A stretch of DNA of 53,640 nt, the filler included, from Jimgerdemannia flammicorona (taxonomy: Eukaryota), in the NCBI GenBank assembly GCA_003990765.1. It is 2 parts of 2 records of this genome, joined end to end, with 100 filler letters (N's around TTAATTAATTAA, not from the genome) between each part and the next. Parts side by side here need not be neighbours in the genome. Positions count along the whole stretch, not along the records: positions 26,871 to 53,640 come from RBNJ01000697.1; 1 more part is not named here. One strand, written 5' to 3'. The first letter of the stretch is position 1. Each line of letters starts with the position of its first letter. The position numbers and the translations under genes are program-made. Shown here one piece after another: positions 48,232 through 53,640 of the stretch. A model generated the notes under the pieces. The model was not told the DNA's origin. It made no database searches and worked only from the letters and a program-made list of their open reading frames with translations.

Positions 48232-51200
48232 TGTTATATAGTGGTCACTGAGTTCTTCAAATACGCCAGATTCTCTTCAAGGTGTATCTCTTAGACTAAC
48301 TCAAGTTTGTTATAAGCAAGTTCTTATTGAAGTGCCTTCCTAAGATCTTATAGTCCTCAAACTTCTTATCTTTAAACTGTCTTGTTATCTCTTAGATTGC
48401 TTGCAAGGAATTATATGTATTGTACTGAGAAGAACTAACTTTATTTCAAAGGAAATAAGAGGGGTATTTATACAAAATATAATTCAATAGTTGCTAAGAT
48501 ATAAAGCTAAATATAAATTCCAATAACTAAAACTACTAAGTTTCAGGGTCAGCACTGATGGTTGTACAGGTTCAGAATACTGGTATAATTTAGTATTACA
48601 TCAAAATACTGGTGCTGGACCAATTTTATGTCACCTCAGAATGCCAGTGCTGGCATTATCCAGTGTTACATGAGAATACCAGTGCTGGCATTATCCAGTG
48701 TAACAAGGAACTTAGAGCAGAATGTTCAGGATCATGGGGGCTTCATCATTATCATCATCATCACTGAAGGAGATGAGGTCTGCAAATTCATCATCGTGCA
48801 GTTTGCATGCTTTGATATCATATAGGATGACATCACTGCTGATGACATCATCACATTTGGTGGGGAAATTGAGAACAAGATCTGGAGCTCTCCAATCTAT
48901 GAGGTTCTCTTCCACAAAATAGGGGACAAATGTGGGGTCTTGGAGAGGTCTAACCTGAATGCTTGGGCCTTGGAATGCTGAGATCAATCCTTGTAGGAAT
49001 TGGTCTGGGTTGTTCTGAAGGATGGAGTGCCAGAAGTCTTCTACTTTTTTACTATTGAGGGTGATAGTAGACTGGGCTTCTGTAGCCACCCTGGCTTCTA
49101 GTGCATTGATACAATAGGATGACAGGTCTCTGAAATCTGAGACTCTAACATACTCTAAGTTAGAGATCAACTATGGTACATGCCTGAAGATCTGATGGAT
49201 CTTCTTAGCTGTCCTCATTTCATGTATATCTATGGGAGTGGCATCTTGTAGCTCTTGAGTGCTAGCCTGTGGGAACTTCTGGCAGAAGAGGTTTCCTATT
49301 TCATACTTCTGCCACATTTGAAGGCATTTGGTAGCAATAGTGATCCTTGTTTCCATTTTACAACAGTAGAGAATAAAGTGGTAAGGGTCTGCAGTACCCA
49401 GGTTGATACTAGGAGTCCTTCTTGAGTGAGTCCCCATGGCTCTTTTGATGTCTTGGAACATCCTTTCCTCAACTGAGATATCTTGGTAATTCCTTGACCT
49501 TGAGGTTTGGCAGGCAGCAGGCATTTCATTTGTGGTAAGTCTTTGAGCTATTTTGGGATTGGTGGGTCTTGTTGGTTGCTGCTACTGCAGTTTCTTGATC
49601 CTTCTTTTATATTCTTCAAGATACTTGTACTGTGGTCACAATGACTCACAGTTGGTCATCATTGCTTATCTCATATGTCATATAATCTTCTTGTGCTCTG
49701 ATCTAGTGACTTGCTAGGAAAGGCTGTCTCCTATGCTAATGTCATCATTTTGGGGTCACCATTACATCTTCCTCCTGAATAAGGATCTTTCTGAGCATCC
49801 TTATTCATTGGTCCAGTCCTGAAAAATTTGCTGATCCCATAACCTCTGGCAAGGGGTTGAAAAGTGGTATTTATAGGCTAGCATCTTCTCTTTGTATTTT
49901 GGCATAATAGTGAAGGATCGCTCTCTTCATATAGAGCAAGGGCCTGATTCTGATCTTTATCAATCAGTTGATGGTTCAAACTCCTCTGACTTTGAAAGTC
50001 TCATGGATGAGTAGTTGTCAGTGCCGTATCTCTTAGAGAATGGTCCAGACAGATAGCCTGCTGGTCACAGGACATGCTGTTATGATTCGTGGACTAGAAC
50101 CTCATGGGCAGTCATCATATTTTGCTTCTCTTATATAGGTTTGTAGTACTTCTTGAGTCTGTTTCTATGTACCATAGTAGGCAGTATGGTCTCTGAGAAT
50201 TTTTTAAGCCAGAAGGTGGTTCCTTTGATATTTTGCACATAGAAGGGTCCTTCCCATTTGGGCTCCAGTTTTTGTGACCATGAGACTTCTACCATATTTC
50301 AATACAGTAGAACCTTTTCTCCAATTCAGATGGGTTCTAGGGCCTTGTAATTCTTTTTCACATTCTTTCTTGTCAGTGCTTGTGACTTGGTGATATAATC
50401 TTCAGCCTTCTTCCTGATTTGGTGTAGTCTCTGGATTTCTGCATCAACCTATCTCCAAGTTAGGTCTAGATTTGTAGCTGAGGTTCCATCAGAATCTTCT
50501 TCTCCAAAGAGTAACTTCCTTGGGGTAAAGTGTGTACTCTGTAATCATATATCTTATAGGACAGAGAGAGTGGTTGGGAGATAATTATCTCAATTCTCAT
50601 ATGTCTCTGAGATCTTCACTAGAATGTTCTTGAGGGTCTTGTTGGTTCTCTCTGTCTGTCCATTTCCTTAAGGGTGGTATATGGTGGTCTTGATGTGCTG
50701 GATCTTGTATTTCTGATACATTATCTCATAGAATCTATTGACAAATTCCATACCATAGTCTGTTGTGATTTGTTTCAGTGTCTTGTAGTGGCAGATGATT
50801 TCTCAGTGCAGGAAGTCGACTATAGAGAGGGCATTGGCTTCTTGTAATGCTCCTGCCTCTATTCATTTAGTGAAGAGATCTACAATAACTATAATATAGC
50901 GGTTTTCTAATAGTGTTACTGGTAGTGGTCTAATGATATCCATTGTGATATGGTGGAAGGGGATAGGCTCAATTCTTGATGACCCAGGTATCTGGTCTTA
51001 CTGATCTTATTTCTGTTTTTGGCACTTGTCATACTCTTTGACAAATTGATGCAGGTCTTCTTTCATCTTGGGCCACCACATGGTTCTTCTTACTTTGTTG
51101 TATGTGTTTATTCCTCCTAAGTGTCCTTGCTTATATACTTCCTTCATTACTTGATACTTCTTGTGTTTAGGTATTACTAGCTTTCCTCCTTTTCTGAGTA

Positions 51201-53623
51201 TAGTATTGTCTAATTCAAACTGTTTCCAAGTCTAGTTGATGATTGTGATTGTCTAGGGTTCAAGGTGGTTAGACATCTTCTGCTACCCAAGGTAGCTGAT
51301 TAATCCATAGTATAGCTCCTTATTCATGTTGAATAGTCTTGATGGGGGTGTTTTGGGGTGTTCTTGAGAGTGTATCGGCATTGGTGTTAGTCTTTCCTGA
51401 GCAGTGCTTGATAGTACAGTCATACATACTCTTGTAGCCTGTAGATCCATCTGACATATATGTATTCCTTTGGGGTTCAGAGTGTGGAATAGCCAGGCAA
51501 GAGCAGAATAGTCTGTTTGAATAGTGAAGTGTTTTCTGGCTAGGTAGTAGTGGAACTTATCTACTGCTCAAACTACTGCTAAGCATTCAAGCTTGCATGA
51601 CTCGTAGTTCTGTTCTGCTCTGTGGGTATCTCAGCTTACATAGGAGATGACATATTTATATCCATCTTTCTTCTGAGCTAGAACTGCTCTAAGTCTTATA
51701 GCACTCATGTCTATCTGCAGGATGAATTCTAGGTTCCAGTCTGGTCTTCTGAGGATAGGTGCTTGAGTCAACCTGATCTTGAGTTCATTGAAGGTTTCTT
51801 GGCACTCCTTGATCCATTCAAATTTGGTCTCCTTCTTCAGTAGCTCATAGATAGGTACTGTAATGTTGGAGTATCCTTTGATGAATCTTCTGTAGTAGCT
51901 GGCCAGTCCAAGAAAGGCATGGACTTCTGTGGTTGTTCTGGGTCTTGGATAGACTGCAACAGCCTCAATCTTTATAGGGTCTATATAGATTCTGGTCTGG
52001 TTGATGAGGTGTCCTAGGTAGGTGATTTCCTGGGCTGCAAACTTGCATTTCTTGGGCTTGATGTAGAGGCCATATTCCTTGAGCTTCTTGAGGGCTAGCT
52101 GTATGTGATTGATATGTTCTCGTGCAGTATTGCTGAAGATGATCATATCATCAACATAGACAAAGAGCCATTTTCCAATCTCATTGCTGAAGACTCTGTT
52201 CATCATTCACTGGAAACTTGCTGGGGCATTGCACATTCCAAATGGCATTTGCAGGTAGATATAGGTGGTGTCAGATGTAATAAAGGCTGATTTCTCACTG
52301 GCATTTTAAGTGAGACCATCTGATGGAAGCCTGAGAACAGATCCAAGGTGGTATAGTATTTGGCTTCACTTCCAAGGGTGGTAAGGATTTCTTGAATATT
52401 TGGCAAGGGCTGCCTATCCTTCTTGGTGATGGCATTGAGCTTTCTGTAGTCAATGCAGAGTCTTGGTGCAAACTCTCCAGACTTGCTTCCTTTCTTTGGG
52501 GCAAGGACAATGGGTGAAGCCCAGGGGCTGATAGCTTGCTTGATGATCCCAGCTTCTTCCATTTCCTTGAGTTCTGCTCGCAGCCACTCTCTGTAGGCAA
52601 GTGGTATGGGTCTGGCTTTCTGGTAGATGGGCTTGGTATTACCAGTGTCAACTTCATGGTAGTACTTGGGTTCTTGATTGTGGATATCCCTAAAGTCTGT
52701 AGCAAGTACTTCTTCATTCTGATGGAGGATCTTGAGAAGTTGTTCCTCCAGGAGAAATTTTTCTCCAATGGTATATGTGTGCTTGTTCTGGTTCTTGTCT
52801 TTCTTGTGCTCAAGTTCAGTAATCTTGGTGGTGGCATAGACTCCTCTTCTAGTAGATCCAAAGCCTTGTTCTCCTCTCTTGATCTTGATGAGTTTGATGG
52901 CTTCAATGATCTTGGGTTTTTTGATTTCATAGATCAGCATCTGACCAATCCTGTCATGCTTCTTGACTTTGAAGGGGGTGGTGTGGTTGTGATTTCTGAC
53001 TATGAGGAAGATCTCGCCAGTGTAATCAGGGTCAGTTACTTCTCCTTCAACTGAGATTTTGCTTTTGGCCAGACTGCTCCTGGTCTTGATAATTCTGGCA
53101 TAGTTTTCTGGCAGCTTGACTTCAATTCCAGTACCAAGTAGGGTGGTGGTCTGTGGTTTGAGGGTAGTATCTTGAATGTTGGCAAGGTCCATTCCTATGG
53201 CTCCTTCAGTTTTGTATTCTGGGATCTTGGCTTTGAGGTGAAACTTCTTGACCTTGAGGGTGATGTCTGATTCTTATTCCTCCTCATCATCACTATCAGC
53301 TTGAAGCTCTGGGGGCTGGTCATCTTCTTCAGCTTTTCTTTTTGCTTCATGTTCATGTTTTTATTGGCAGATTTTCCTGACTTCACTGATATAGGACCAG
53401 CAGTCATTCAGGTGTTCTGAGCAGTACATCCTAGTACCATGGGGGCATCTTCCTTGAGGGATATAGCCATCAATGATCTTGTTATACCACTGCTCATCTG
53501 TGAGCTTAAGTGTCTTGTTCTTATTCTTGTTCACCAAGTACATGAAGACCTCTGTGTCTTCTTCATCTCCTTCCTCCATGTCTAGTAGAACTCCTTTGTG
53601 GACATTGATAGAGACTCATACCT
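48232..53623 (-). mobile_element. Family B copy 3 (3' LTR 48232-49766, PPT 49767-49776, integrase, RNase H, RT, dUTPase, CPH motif; runs off the window)
   Basis: Reverse-complement colinear with about 36305-41627. Retains RT VYVDDMIIFS (ORF 51631-52206) and the dUTPase-RT ORF 52203-53192. Confidence 0.93.
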
Positions 53624-53640
53624 TTCTTTTTTTTTTTTTT

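Overview
Eukaryotic, intron-containing DNA, most likely fungal (species not determinable here). It consists of two contigs joined by an artificial N44-TTAATTAATTAA-N44 linker at 26771-26870. A CpG-rich gene island (about 13-26.7 kb) holds a 9-exon CWH43 gene, an F-box gene and a hypothetical gene, and it is flanked by CpG-depleted, C>T-mutated transposon blocks. The left block contains a non-autonomous Ty3/Gypsy element (family A: gag-dUTPase-protease, with RT/RH/IN deleted) inserted in a LINE ORF1-like gene, then a spliced TET/JBP-like dioxygenase pseudogene convergent with a decayed hAT transposase. The right block is a nested stack of dUTPase-bearing Gypsy elements (families A, B and a relic C) plus a solo LTR. 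Highlights: (1) a candidate hAT-associated TET/JBP dioxygenase; (2) a C-x-H-x12-C-x2-C module I cannot assign, found next to dUTPase in three Gypsy families with different domain orders; (3) a conserved ORF of about 265-270 codons lying inside the family B LTR; (4) a mobile RT-less Gypsy family; (5) combined CpG and CpA (RIP-like) decay. All alignments and translations were done by eye and no database searches were run.
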